A stretch of DNA of 64,000 bases from Octopus sinensis (lineage: Eukaryota). The translations under genes were made by a program, and so were the position numbers. The DNA is taken from assembly GCF_006345805.1 (NCBI RefSeq), contig NC_042998.1:121768001-121832000 (forward strand). Reading direction: 5' to 3'. Position 1 is the first letter of the stretch, and the number at the start of each line of letters is the position of its first letter. Below the pieces are notes generated by a model. The model was not told the DNA's origin and did no database searches. It saw nothing but the letters and a program-made list of their open reading frames with translations. Of this stretch, positions 50,601 to 64,000 are shown piece by piece.

Positions 50601-52182
50601 ACCACATCACTAAACTGAGGCATAAATTGATTAATATACACATAGGATATGTATCTATGTGCCTATATATATATATCAGATTTCTCACATTCAAATAAGC
50701 CAATCAATATATATATATATATATACACACACACATATATATTTATTATATATATATATGTATTTATATATCTATATATGTATATATATGTATATATGTA
50801 TGTATATATATATATATATATGTATATGATTGTATGAATGTGAGTAGGTGTTTGTTATAAAGGGAGGTGAACTGATGAGTCAAAACTAAACAGCAATGTC
50901 AGTGATAATATTTTAAAAACAGGTAGCAACCTTTATAGAACAGCCATTGATGATGAGGTCAGACCTACCCACCATACAGAGAATATATGTATATATATAT
51001 ATAACTCTAATTTTGTGGGGGTAAGACAAAAGTTTAGCAACACTATGTAGTCAAAAGTAATTTTTTTGTATTCTTTTTAGAGTCTCAATAGCTAAAAAAA
51101 TATGAAAGAAAGAAAGGAAAGTTTATTTTCATTCATATATATATATACACACTGAAAAGATGCTTTTTATTAAAGGAAAAATGTTTTACTTCTAATTTTA
51201 CTTAGCGGGGCTCTTAAATGGAAAGTTTTAGTGCAATTAATCATGTTTGAGAATGTAAATTGAACAAAATGCATCATCAGCTTGCATTATGACTTATGAT
51301 GGAGTATAATGGAATATTTGAATAAAAGTATAAGAAGAAAATAAGAAAAGAAAACATAATTAAGAAAAAGAAACAAAACAAAAAGAACTCTGAACATTTG
51401 ATACACTGGATACACTCTTCTTAATCTGTGTTGAATATTTCTTGGACTGACAGGGAAAACTAACTCAATGTTTTCAACCTAATATTACTACACAGGTGAG
51501 TATGGTTAAATTATTACTCTATTAGATATGAGTTAAAAAACAACTTTTTAAGCTGGCCAAATTAGCAACTGTAAATTCAGTTGTAATTGTATATTTTAGC
51601 CACAGGCCAGTCTTGCAATAACTATTTTATCTTTTGCTTATTTTTTTCAGAGAGTAGGAGTTTGAATATGTCTGACTGCTATTTCTAGCAGGTTGAGCGT
51701 CCATGTCATTCTTAGGCAAGATGATATGTTACTTGAGGAGTATTGCACACCCAAACCCATAAAATCACATGCAAAGCCAAATATGTTCTGATCATAGGTT
51801 TCTTGTTTATGCTATGTCCTGATTATTGGTTTCTTGTTTTATAAAATAAAATACATATCTAACACTATTAGTAATGTGAATGCTGAAGAATTAACATTTT
51901 TTATTAAAATGAATAAGAAACCTAGTACTTAATTCCCATTACTTTTGTGTTCAAATCCTAGCACATACAAAAATCTGTCTATACCAATGGTTTTCAGATT
52001 ATAAACAAGCTGACTTGGTTTTGTTTTCCATGCCACAGGTCTAATTACACAAGTAATAATGTTAATCAAATAATAATTATTGTTGGTTTTTAGAAATATC
52101 TTAAGACATTAATTATCATTATTGTCAGATGTCTAGCAGTACCATGCTATGTGTATGTGTCATATATATGTGTAAACACAAC

Positions 52183-52213
<31 letters not shown>

Positions 52214-52239
52214 GGAAAAAAAAGTCAAGATAGAAAATG

Positions 52240-52277
<38 letters not shown>

Positions 52278-54574
52278 ATCATCAACATCACCATTGTTTA
52301 ATGTCTGCTTTCCATGCTGGCCTATATATACATGCATATGTATATTAATGTACTATATATATTTATGTGTATGCAGGTATACATATATATGAACATACAT
52401 GTGTATATATAACATAATACACATACATATGCACACAAATACATGCATACTATATGTGTGTGTATATATGCATATATATATTTTGGAAAGCAAACATGTG
52501 AAAATATTACATTCTAGCTTATTCGTGTCCTCCTTTCATTTTCATTGCAAGCTGTTATAGGTCAAAAAATCAAACGACACCAACAGGTGACATATAATTA
52601 CAAGGACTTGAGCTAATAAACAGGTACATGATTCTCACCTGCAAAAAAACAAACACACTTAAAAATGGGACCAATTATACTTACCAGAAGCACAGAAAAA
52701 TAAAACCAATCAAAACAAAACGGAAAGAAAAAAATCATTCAAATAAAGTTTCCAGGTTTGGTGTGTTTCAATTTCAGGTATTTTATGATAACTATTAATA
52801 TAAATGTGCCAAAAACACATGGATGCAAACAGACATCATACACACACGCCCCCCCCCCACCACACACACACATTTGCTCAAAGTATATGAAATATCAAAG
52901 TAACTTTATTATTTGCTGTTAACATATTTTAGAGATGTTCTGGTAGATAAAAATAATAATTTTCTATAGTTTTTCATATTCCATTGTTCAAAATAGTCTG
53001 GGATTTTTGGTGACTGAATTTATATTATATATACATACATATACACACGCATACATACATACATACATACATGCATATACGCACACATCTATATATATAT
53101 GTGTGTGTGTACATATATATAACTATATTTTTATATATATATGTACTTCTACAGGAGCATACACATGTATATATGCATATATACATACATATATATATAA
53201 TCATGCATTTACGCATGTATATATATATAAAAATTTTATCCTTATTGATAAGAAGAATTTTGATATTGTTATGATGCAGTAGTTATGGTGGATTAAAAAT
53301 CATAAAGTTTGAATGTATTGTATTACACGAAATAATTTTATTTATAATTATTTTAAATAAATTTGAAATATTATTTTTTGATTTCATGTTTTCAGTGTTA
53401 GAAGTATGGAAGTATAAATTTTCAAAATTCTAGCCACAGAATATATTTTATCTTGTATTTTTGTATTTATGTAAGTCATAACTTTAAAGAAAATGGCTTT
53501 GCTAAGCATGAAAATATCATATTTTGGAGCTAATTATTAGGGAACTTGTAACATCTCGCAAAGTTGGTGAGCAGCTCATAATTACTGAAGTAATATTTAT
53601 AATGTAAGAATAGAATTTTCTAGATTATATTTTCTAAGTTTAGTAGTGAGTTAGTTTAAAGAGTAAGATGAAAAGATTAGAAAAAGAAAGTTCTATTCTG
53701 GATTAACTGTAGAAATGAGAAGGGATTGCAAAACAAAGAAAAAAAAAGTTTGAAGAGAACAAAAATAATAGGAAAAAGACAAACAAAAATAACAATGAAA
53801 TCAATTTTATAATCACTTTGGAAAATGCATTGCTTCCTTTTTTTTTTCTTTTTTTAAAGCAATGCTTCTTTTCAGTTATAACTGTACATCTTTCTGGTTA
53901 TGAAGGTTGCTATAAAAATAGGAATATCATGTGAAGCAGAAAGATTGATGGCAGATGCGATGTTTGTAAATATGTTGAGTACGCAGTGTATGTCAAGGTT
54001 AAAGAGAAACAAGAAGACATGGGTAAAACTGGAGCAACGGAGAAAGCATGGAATATTTTGGGAACATTGATGGTAAGATTAATATTAGTCTGGCAATAAA
54101 GATTGGTTGGTTTGATGTAAGGAGGCTGTGTATTGGAATAAGAAATACAGATAATGTGGCAGGCCATAGCAGATGGAGTTAAAAGCAAAAGGATTAGCAA
54201 GTTTTCATCAAATGCTTTTTCTATTGTAGAGGTCAACCAACAATGAAGAAGAAGGAAATTCGGTCCATCAAAAGCTCTAAAGATTTCATTTGTCTTCAAG
54301 AATTTATTCAGTGTTACAATTTGTGGAGTTTTGTTGTGGTTCAGAAGTTGTTCAGTGTACAGGTGAACACTTTCAGTGAATTTTAAGTTGTATATGTAGG
54401 ATATAGTAAAAGTCCTTCCAAAATAAAAAAAAAAAAATGCCTTTTATTTATTTCATTTGCCTTGATTTGAACAGGAAAATAGAAAAACCTAAGCTACAAG
54501 GTAGAAATTTCTTACATATGTCAGCTATACATGGTTGACTGGTTAAGCAGATGTAACAAGATTAGTTAGGATAA

Positions 54575-54622
54575 GAGAGAGAGACAGAGAGAGAGAGAGA
54601 GAAAGGGGAAGAGAAAGAGAAA

Positions 54623-54697
<75 letters not shown>
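54575..54697. repeat. (GA)n microsatellite
   Basis: Directly visible. Confidence 0.95.
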
Positions 54698-54700
<3 letters not shown>

Positions 54701-55013
54701 TCAGGAAACTGGAGATTTTTCTCAGAAATTATTGATCATTGCTAACGGAACATCATTTGGAAAAGAAGCTTAGAAGAGAAATATTATTTTTCATTTTTTT
54801 TTATAAAGATATAATGAAAGAAAAGTTTAGATTTTATATAGTAGTTTAATTGAGATGTGACATCAGAGAAATATTTCTAGTCTACTACAGAAATAAAATA
54901 TAGCAAAGAGTTTCTAGAGATGTATTTTGATTATCGACTATCTTGATGGACAAAAGAGGTGAGTATTTACAGCAATGAGGTAGTTTTATGACAAAATCAA
55001 TGAATATGTATAT

Positions 55014-55047
<34 letters not shown>

Positions 55048-55097
55048 CACATGTATATAAATATATATATATATACACACACACATATATATATGTA

Positions 55098-55149
<52 letters not shown>

Positions 55150-55654
55150 CATATATATATATATATATTATATATATATATATATATATATGAATGTATA
55201 CATTTTTCTTTTACTTTTTCTAAAATGGGTGAAGTTGAAAAAAGAGAATAGAAAGGCAATCAAATAAATAAATGTCTTTTTTCTTTTTTTTTTCTCTAAC
55301 AAAAAGAAAAAATTGAAAAAAAAATTAGTAAAATAATGAGTGTTTGGCACAGTACTGTGCTGTGAATATGATACATTCTCATTTGAAAAGGAAGGAAAAA
55401 AACAGTTAAATGACTGCTAGTTGCTATCTTAGTAAGGCAACATAAACAGAGAACATTCACTCATCCTCAGTAATACTGACCATATTTAACATATATTACA
55501 ATTAAAAAAAATTAGTCATTAATAAATGATTTGTATACAAAATTGTCATCAAGGTGTGTATATTAGTGTAGTATATATATGTATATATATATATATGATA
55601 CATATATGTATGATATATATATATATATGTATGATATATATGATTATATATGTA

Positions 55655-55695
<41 letters not shown>

Positions 55696-55967
55696 ATTAT
55701 ATATATATAATGATATATAAGGTGTGTTCATATTAATCCTTTTATTGGTAACACCTAGCTTCCTCTCCCATACAATGAGAACAGGCTACACCATGAAGCA
55801 AACTATCCATGCTGTCTTGGAATTACATGACAGAGGTATTTCTCCAATTTAGTAAACTATTCAACAGGTTTATTTATATGATATGATTGGAAATATTGGC
55901 AGGAAGGTTTTGGCTTTCAGTGGTTCTATCTTTTATGACACAACCATTAAATTCTGTCCCTGTTTCA

Positions 55968-56116
<149 letters not shown>

Positions 56117-56996
56117 GCCCAAAACAGAATTATTAAACAAATGTTTTTGTTTGTTTTCTCACTTCAAGTATCACAGAGATCTCACATTGTTATAAATGTA
56201 TACACACACACACATATATATATATATACATATTATACATATTATATTCATATATATTATATATATATGTATATCATATATATGTATATTATATATATAG
56301 AGTATATATTTATATGTATATTATATATATTTCTCCATATCTGGAAGGACAAACCATGTATAGAGAATATCCACCCCCATCCCACAACCCACTACCCATG
56401 TATGGGTAGGTTAGGACAAACCTGAAATTGGCTTGCGTGACTGGCAAGCATTTTATGACAGGGTCACTTAATTGACATAGGGTCTATGTTGCACAAGTTA
56501 GTAAAATAAAAAGAAACAGAAAGAGAAAAAAAGAAACAAAAAAATTAAGAAAAATATAAGGTAGAGAAAAGAACTCAAAAAGGAGGAAGATTGAGGAAAA
56601 TTAGGAAATTCCAAGTGATGGTGTTTGGAGAGTTCAAAGTTAGCATTTTGACAAAGATAAAGAGAGAACATGAATTTGGATTTTTTTTTATTTATTCAAA
56701 AAACAATTTTCGTTAAGGCAAATGCATTTTTTTTTTCCAATTAATAAATTTTTTTATAATCAAATTTCTCAAAAGTTTGGGAAAAATCATTAGAAATAAC
56801 AATTTTATTTTATTTCTGTTTAAAAATAATGTTTGTTGAATTAAAGGAAATATGTAGAAATAGCAACATAGTGGGTTTTTTTGTCCCCAATAACCCTAAT
56901 ATATGTGTTTGGCTCTCTAAATACATATTTCTATGAAATAAGTAACCTTCTAGGAAACCTTCACAAACTCTGTTCAGCTGTTTACTATAATGTCTT

Positions 56997-57011
56997 CTAT
57001 CTGTCTATCTA

Positions 57012-57094
<83 letters not shown>

Positions 57095-57135
57095 GTCTGT
57101 CTGTCTGTCTATCTATCTATCCATCCATCTATCTA
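56997..57135. repeat. Compound (TCTA)n/(TCTG)n microsatellite
   Basis: Directly visible. Confidence 0.95.
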
Positions 57136-57534
57136 TCAGAACAGGATGCAACATTTGAAACTTTAGTGTTCTATTGCATCTCTTCATTAAATTCCAGTTG
57201 TAAATCCGCCAGAGTTTAATCTTGATATTGTTAGACACTAGATTTCATATTAATCAACTTATAAGATTTTACAAACTCTGAAGTATGAACAGCTTAAAGC
57301 AATTAATATCTATATCTGTATCTGTATTCACTGAGTGTCATTCTCAAGATTTTGAGCAATTGTTTTTAACAATATATCTTATTGCATTTATTATAGAAAG
57401 ATTAGTTTAAATAAAAATGATCACATTTTTTTTTGCCTTGCAAGTTTTATAAAAAATATATATTTATAATTCACATAGAATACATAAACAATAGTAGAAA
57501 AACTGGTAACTGGTGTAATCTGTTTGTATATCTT

Positions 57535-57571
<37 letters not shown>

Positions 57572-57573
57572 GC

Positions 57574-57660
<87 letters not shown>

Positions 57661-57776
57661 AACAATGCATAATATATACATATATATATATATATCTATA
57701 TGGATATTATACATACATATATATATACATACACACATAAGGAATATATATATATATATGTATATATATATCTATC

Positions 57777-59062
57777 TTGGGTTGGTGCATAATTATTGTG
57801 GCTTTTTTTCAACAAATTTTATTCAACAAAAACAATAACAATATCTAACAAAAATATCTTTAAATGATGGTCAGCTTTTTTTCATAAAAATGCGTATCGA
57901 AATCATATCCACCTTCATCATACTATGCTCTACCACTTCCAGAAAGGTTGGAATGAAGAATAGTCATTTCGCAACCTCAATGAACTTTTTGATGAAAGAA
58001 CAATCAGCAAACGCTAAGTTGAAAGATGGTTCAGGAAGTTCAAATCAGGCGGTGCAAATCTCGTAGATGAAAAAGAAGAGGTTGACTATCAAATTTCAAT
58101 GACCAGGCACTTTTGGCAGCCGTGGAAGAGGATGAAAGCTTGACAAGGAGAATGTTGGCTGAAGACTTCAATGTGGACCATTCGACCATCGTTCATCGTC
58201 TCAAAAAGCTCGGAAAAGTATGGAAATTGGCTGGGTAGGTCCCCTACAAACTCTCCAATAACAACAAAGCTGAACATGTCTGAATTTTTACTGATTTGCT
58301 GCAGCGAAATGAGCAAACTCCATTCCTGAAGAATCTCATCATAGGGAATGAATTGTGGCTTCTCTCCAAAAACGTCAAAAGAAAGAAGGTTTGCGTTTCG
58401 CCAGGTGTTTCACCCAAAGGAATACCAAAAGGCATCCACTGTAAGAAAGCAATGGGGTATGTTTGGTGGGACAGAAGTGGAATCATTCACTTGGAAATCA
58501 TCTCAAATGGGATTTGTTATTGGTAGATTGATGATGATGAGCATCAACAATGGCGGATTCCGGACAAAAATGGCAAGCGGCAATTAAACATCAAACGATG
58601 ACATTCATCTAGCTCAATTTGACTGCATTCATACTGCAATCGAGATGAAAAGACCATGCAAAAAGAACCATATTGTCTTTCACCACAATAATGCACATCC
58701 ACATGTTGAGTGTTGTGTTGTCGAATCTATTGCCAATAAGGGCTGTGAACTGCTTCCTCATCTGCCATATTCTCCCACAGAAGCACCTACGGACTATCAC
58801 GTCAATTGATTGCTGAAAAATTGGCTCGCAAACAAAATATCTGATGACTTGGTGGCCGCCCCCAAAGAGTGGATTGCCTCTAAGAACAGTAACTTCTTCA
58901 CCCATGGAATCGACCGTCTGCCAAGCAAAAGGCAAGCAGTAATTGAAGTAGATTGTGAATATGCTTCGGAATAACCATTTAAAGATGCTTTTGTTACATG
59001 TTATTGTTTTTGTTGAGTAAAATTTGTTGAAAAAAAGCTGCAATAATTATGCACCAACCCAA
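57777..59062 (+). mobile_element. Mariner DNA transposon, full length (1286 bp), non-functional
   Basis: TIRs TTGGGTTGGTGCATAATTATTGTGGCTTTTTT / AAAAAAGCTGCAATAATTATGCACCAACCCAA, with TA at 59063-59064. Transposase remnants 57890-58974: MLYHFQKG, VERWFRKFKSG, GNELWLL..NVKRK (TGDEKW-like), HNNAHPH, PYSPTEAPTDYH. Multiple stops and frameshifts. Confidence 0.93.
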
Positions 59063-59299
59063 TATATATATGTTAAGGAAGTAAAATTAATTGGCATTAC
59101 CAATGCAACTGACATAGCATTTAAAAACTTATATAAAATGCATTCACTAAAGGACTAAGCAGCTGTCATACAACTTTTATAAGAGGTTTCTAGATTGAAA
59201 ATTTTTAATAAAAAAACTATTAGAGCTGAGAAAGAAGCTATGGCAAGGAGCAAGTTGTAATACAAGGACAACTGAATAGGTTTACTGATTTGCCTTCTT

Positions 59300-61210
59300 A
59301 GGAAATAATAGGCCACTGTCAAGGCCTGAAATTTTTGGGGAGTAGGCTTATTGATTACATTGACCCCAGTGATCCACTGGTACCCATTTTATCGTTTTCA
59401 GTGACCAACTGGTATTTATTTTATTGGCCTTGAAAGGATGGAAGGCAAAGCTGATCTCAACAGAATTTGTACTCAGTAAGCAAAAAGCTGGCAGAAATGC
59501 CACAAAGCATTTTGGTCCAAGTGCTAATGATCTGCCAACTTGAATAATAGTGTTTTCTAAGAGAGGTAAAAGAGTACACATTTAAGGAATGGGACAACTG
59601 ATTATATCAAACCTTTCCAACTGCTATTTATTTTTTTTATCAGCCCTAGAAAGATGAAATGCAAATTTTAGCCTTGGTTTGATATCTACTCTGAATGTAA
59701 AGTGCTGCAACTAAACACTGCAAAGAAATTTTTTCATTGGCGCTGTACTGATTTGTCAACCATTCTGCTATACTTTGCCCTAATAAGTGTTTCTGATTTA
59801 GACACAAGGCCAGGAGTTTTGAGGAGAGAATATTAGTTAATATTCTCTCTTCAACCAATCAACTCCAGTTTTTGACTGGTTCCTTATTTTAGTGACCTGG
59901 TGGGATGGCACACAAAGTTGACTGTGGAAGGATTTGAATTCAGAATGTAAAGAGTTGGAAGAAATATTATAAGGCATTTTGTATAATGCTCTAATGATTC
60001 TGCAAACTGTTTCTAATTTAGGTATAACCCAGCAAATTTTAAGGAGAGGGGCTACTTGAATAAACTGACCCAATACTCGACTGGTAGTGTATCTTGTTGA
60101 CCATAAGAGGATAAAAGTTAACTTGAATTTGGAGGGATATGAAATCAAAATATAAAGAGCCAGGCCAAATGCCAAAGCAAGGCATTCTGACCAATACTCT
60201 AGAAAGATTTTGTCAATCCATGGCCCCTTATTCTTCTCCTAATAGTAACATTAGGCTCAGATTTAGGCACAAGGTTGGTATTTCTGAAGGGAGAGGGCTG
60301 CTTGATACCATTGACTCCAGTACTTGATGGTACTTATTTTATTGAGTCTAAAAGGATGAATGGCAAAGTTGACCTTGGCAGGATTTGAACACAGAATGTA
60401 AAGAGCCAGAACAAATACAGCAAAGCATTTTGTCCAACACTAACAATTGTGTCAGTTCACCAAATTAGTAGTAATAATAATAGTAGGAATAAATGGTTTC
60501 TGATTTATGTGCAAAGCTAGTAATTTTGAGGAGAAGGAGTTAGTCAATATTATTGACCCCAGTATTTGATTGGTACTTTATTCCATCAATCGCAAAAGGA
60601 TGAAAGGCGAAGTTGACCTTGGTGGGATTTGAACCCCAAAAAGTAAAGAGCCGGAATAAATAATGTTAAACATTTTTTTCTGAGGCTCTAATGACTCTTA
60701 GATTACCACCTTGAATAATATTAATAATAATAACGATAATAAAAATAATAATGATAATAATAGTAATAATGGTTTCAAATTTTGGTGCAAGGCTAGCAGT
60801 TTTGGGGGAGGGGGCTAGTTGATTACATCAACCCCAGTGCTCAACTGATACTTATTTTGTCAAATAGGATGAAAGGCAAAGTCAACCTCATCAGAATTTG
60901 AACTCAGAACATACAGATGGACGAGACACCACTAAGAATTTTGCCTGGCTTGTTAACGGTTCTGTCAGCTTGCCTCCTTAATAATAATAATAATAATGGT
61001 TTCAAATTTTGCTGCAAGGCCAGCAATTTTGGAGGAGGAGGCTAGTTGGTTACATTGACCCCAGTGCTCAACTGGTACTTATTTTATCAACCCTCAATAG
61101 GATGAAAGGCAAACTCAACCTCATCAGAATTAGAACTCAGAATGTACAGATAAACGAGACACTACTAAGAATTTTGCCTGGCTTGCTAATGATTCTTTCA
61201 GCTTGCCTCC

Positions 61211-61258
<48 letters not shown>

Positions 61259-62692
61259 TAATAATAATAATAATTATTATTAATTTCTGATGTAGAATAA
61301 GGACACAACATTTCAGTGACAGGTGTAGGTCATTGAATCATCTATAATGAAATACTGGCACTCATTTTTCTTAATAACAGTATGTCATTTTATTGACCCC
61401 AGAATGATGGAAGGCAAAGTGGTACTTGAAGAGAAAACTGATCATAAAGAGGGAGGTCATGCCTTTTCATTAATCAATGAAATTTGGATGAAAGAAGCAA
61501 AATTGGTGTGGACTAAATGGACTTATTCTAATCATACAGCTGCAGGTTGCACCAAGAACTGGATAATGGCACTTGCCTTTAGTGTGTCACAGTAATCTAG
61601 AGTTATGTGTGGAGTGCCCTGCTGAGCCCCCACCACTTTTGAGGATACTTTCTTGTTGATCTGTTGTTCTATATTGTTTTTGTTACCAATTAATTAATAT
61701 CTTCGTTATTAGTAATCTTACCCTTTTACCTGTAAACACTTCTCAATACTATTCTTTGTTTTCTATTTCACTTTTGTACTGTCTCCAAAATTTTTGAGCC
61801 CTTGTGGCTAATAAAACAAATCATCATTATTATTATAGCAGAAAATCAATAATAAAAAAAATAATAATCCTTTCTTATTTAGTCAATTACATCAACCCAA
61901 GCACTTGACAGGTACTGTATTTTACCGATTCTGAAAAGATTAAAAGCAATGTTGACCATGGCAGAATTTGAATTCAGAATGTAAAGACTTGGAACTAATA
62001 TGATAAGGTATTTTAATGATGCTATAATAACTCTGCCAGCTTACTGCCCTTAACATTTTAACATTTAAACCAGTCATATCAAGCCCAAATATTCTACCTA
62101 CTTTATGTTCAGACCAGCCAGATCCTGCCTCTCATACCTATTTTACAATGTCATTCTAAAAATAAACATTCACATCATTGAGATCTTGAAGCTACAAGAT
62201 AATACAGGATTTATTTAAAACAATATGGATTACATTTGACAGAGTAATCTCAATGCTAAAGGGTTAATAATTATATCTAATTTAGGCTCAAGGTCAGTAA
62301 TTTTGAAGAAAGAGTTTAATTGATATTATTTGATTGGCATCTGATTTTATCGCCTCCAAAAGGATGAAAGGCAAAGTTGGCCTTAGTAGGATTTGAGCTC
62401 AGAATGTAAAGAGTCAAAATAAACAGTGCAAAGCGTTTTTCCAACCCTCTAATGATTCTGTCAGCTCACCTAATGATAGTCTTTTTTATTTTAGGCACAA
62501 GGCCTGAAATTTTAGGGAAGGGAGCTAGTCAATTACATTGACCCCAGTGCTTAACTGGTATTTATTTTATTGACCCTGGAAGGATGAATGGCAAAGTTGA
62601 CCTCAGGGATTTGAACTCAGAAAGTAAAGAATCAGAACAAATATTGCAAAGCCTTTTTTCTTATGTTTTAATGATTCTGCCAGCTTGCTGCT

Positions 62693-62741
<49 letters not shown>

Positions 62742-62955
62742 TTTCAAATTCTGGCACAAGGCCAGCAAGTTTGGGGTAGGAGGTAGGTTGATTATATTGA
62801 TCCCAGTGTTCAACTGGTACTTATTTTATTGACCCTGAAAGGATGAACGGCAAAGTTGACCTAGGTGGAATTTGAACTCAGAATGTGAAGAAGGACGAAA
62901 AGCCACTAGGCAGTTTGCCTGGCATGCTAGTGATTCTGCCAGCTCACTGGCTTAA
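59300..62955 (-). mobile_element. Cluster of ~13 same-orientation tRNA-derived SINEs separated by (AAT)n
   Basis: The core GACCCCAGT..CAACTGGTACTTATTTTATTGACCC..AAAGGATGAAAGGCAAAGTTGACCT..GAATTTGAACTCAGAA recurs at ~59300, 59555, 59790, 60010, 60250, 60495, 60771, 60997, 61290 (partial), 61870, 62275, 62490 and 62742. Confidence 0.88.
62050..62267. mobile_element. ~218-bp MITE, piggyBac-like (TTAA ends)
   Basis: Right end AATGCTAAAGGGTTAA. Left end TTAACATTTTAACATT is a decayed TTAACCCTTTAGCATT. Confidence 0.5.
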
Positions 62956-63192
62956 AAATAATAATAATAATAAAATTAATCCCAAGCTAAAATTACAATG
63001 TGACAATATAGAACGCAATTATAGTAACCATGTAATGTTCAGCTGAAGCAGAGAATGTGAATGGGATTCTTCATAGAAAAACATTAAGGAAATGTATATG
63101 AGTGTAGGTCTATATACATGTGTGTTTGTATGTATACATATGTGTGTGCATGTGTGTGTGATACACTCATATGTTTATGTGTATGTATATAC

Positions 63193-63345
<153 letters not shown>

Positions 63346-64000
63346 TATGTATAATATAAAATAGAAAAATAACAAAGATATAAACTGAAATGTAACATTT
63401 GTTTTTAAGGGAAGCAAGTAAAATATTGCACTAACTTAGAAAAATATCAATATTAAACCAAAATGTTTTGCTTTGAATAGTTAACATCCCCAAGGACGTT
63501 CTGTATAATTCTGAATAAAAATATAAAAGCACTGCGGATGTGTGGGAAAAGTTTAGTTCCAAAAGCAAACTCTATTCTTTGAGATCATCGTATACTTAGC
63601 TGGGGGCAAGGATAAGGGATAGTCTAGTCTCAAAATTATAACTTTAAAAAAGTGTGCTTAAAAGAACAAAAATGATTAAAAAGAAAAAAATACTGGGTAG
63701 AAAATGGAATAATAAACTATGATTTGAAAGAAACAAAAGAAAGAAAAATGTTTAAAAACACCCCACAAAATGAAGGTCAGAATAAATCTATAATCCCATT
63801 TTTTTATTTTTGTATTTTTAAAATGCATTATTTTGATATTCTAGGGAAAGAAGAGTACCTAATATTTTTCAGCCATCATTAACACAACTAACGCTGACCA
63901 CCCAGTAAATGGGTGACTGCCTTTACCTTTGCCAGTTCGATCATTATACTGTTCCCAAATGTAACCTGTTTCTGAATATTCTTTATACATGTTCCTAATG

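Noticed and set aside
59300-62955. Regularly spaced repeats resembling a CRISPR array
   Set aside because: Units are ~220-250-bp SINEs with tRNA-like heads and (AAT)n gaps. There are no unique spacers and no cas genes, and the context is eukaryotic.

Overview
This is AT-rich eukaryotic DNA, not prokaryotic. The SINE families, microsatellites and composition point to an animal, probably an octopus (inferred from recalled repeat families, not searched). No intact host gene is recognisable. The first 40 kb is almost all retroelements. (1) A full-length but disabled Tx1/L1-clade LINE (57-5414) has a 14-bp target-site duplication and sits inside a small non-autonomous element. (2) A Penelope-like element (PLE; RT + GIY-YIG, Neptune-type Cys linker) is arranged as a head-to-head palindrome with a minimal type I hammerhead ribozyme near each outer end (6196-13610). 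(3) That palindrome and about 6 kb of right flank are duplicated (about 6196-19567 vs 23870-39709), and the four PLE arms share indels in all three possible pairings, which suggests arm-to-arm recombination. (4) A nearly intact CR1-group LINE lies on the minus strand (19885-23145). (5) A second, C-rich PLE family with its own hammerhead-like tail is nested in one arm (24271-27028). (6) A ~806-bp unit is amplified in tandem and partly inverted (34811-37094). The remaining 24 kb is intergenic/intronic-like: SINEs, an RTE fragment, microsatellites, a decayed 1286-bp mariner (57777-59062) and about 13 same-orientation tRNA-SINEs (59300-62955). The hammerhead-bounded PLE palindrome and its mosaic duplicate are the most interesting system. 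All identity comparisons were made by eye.
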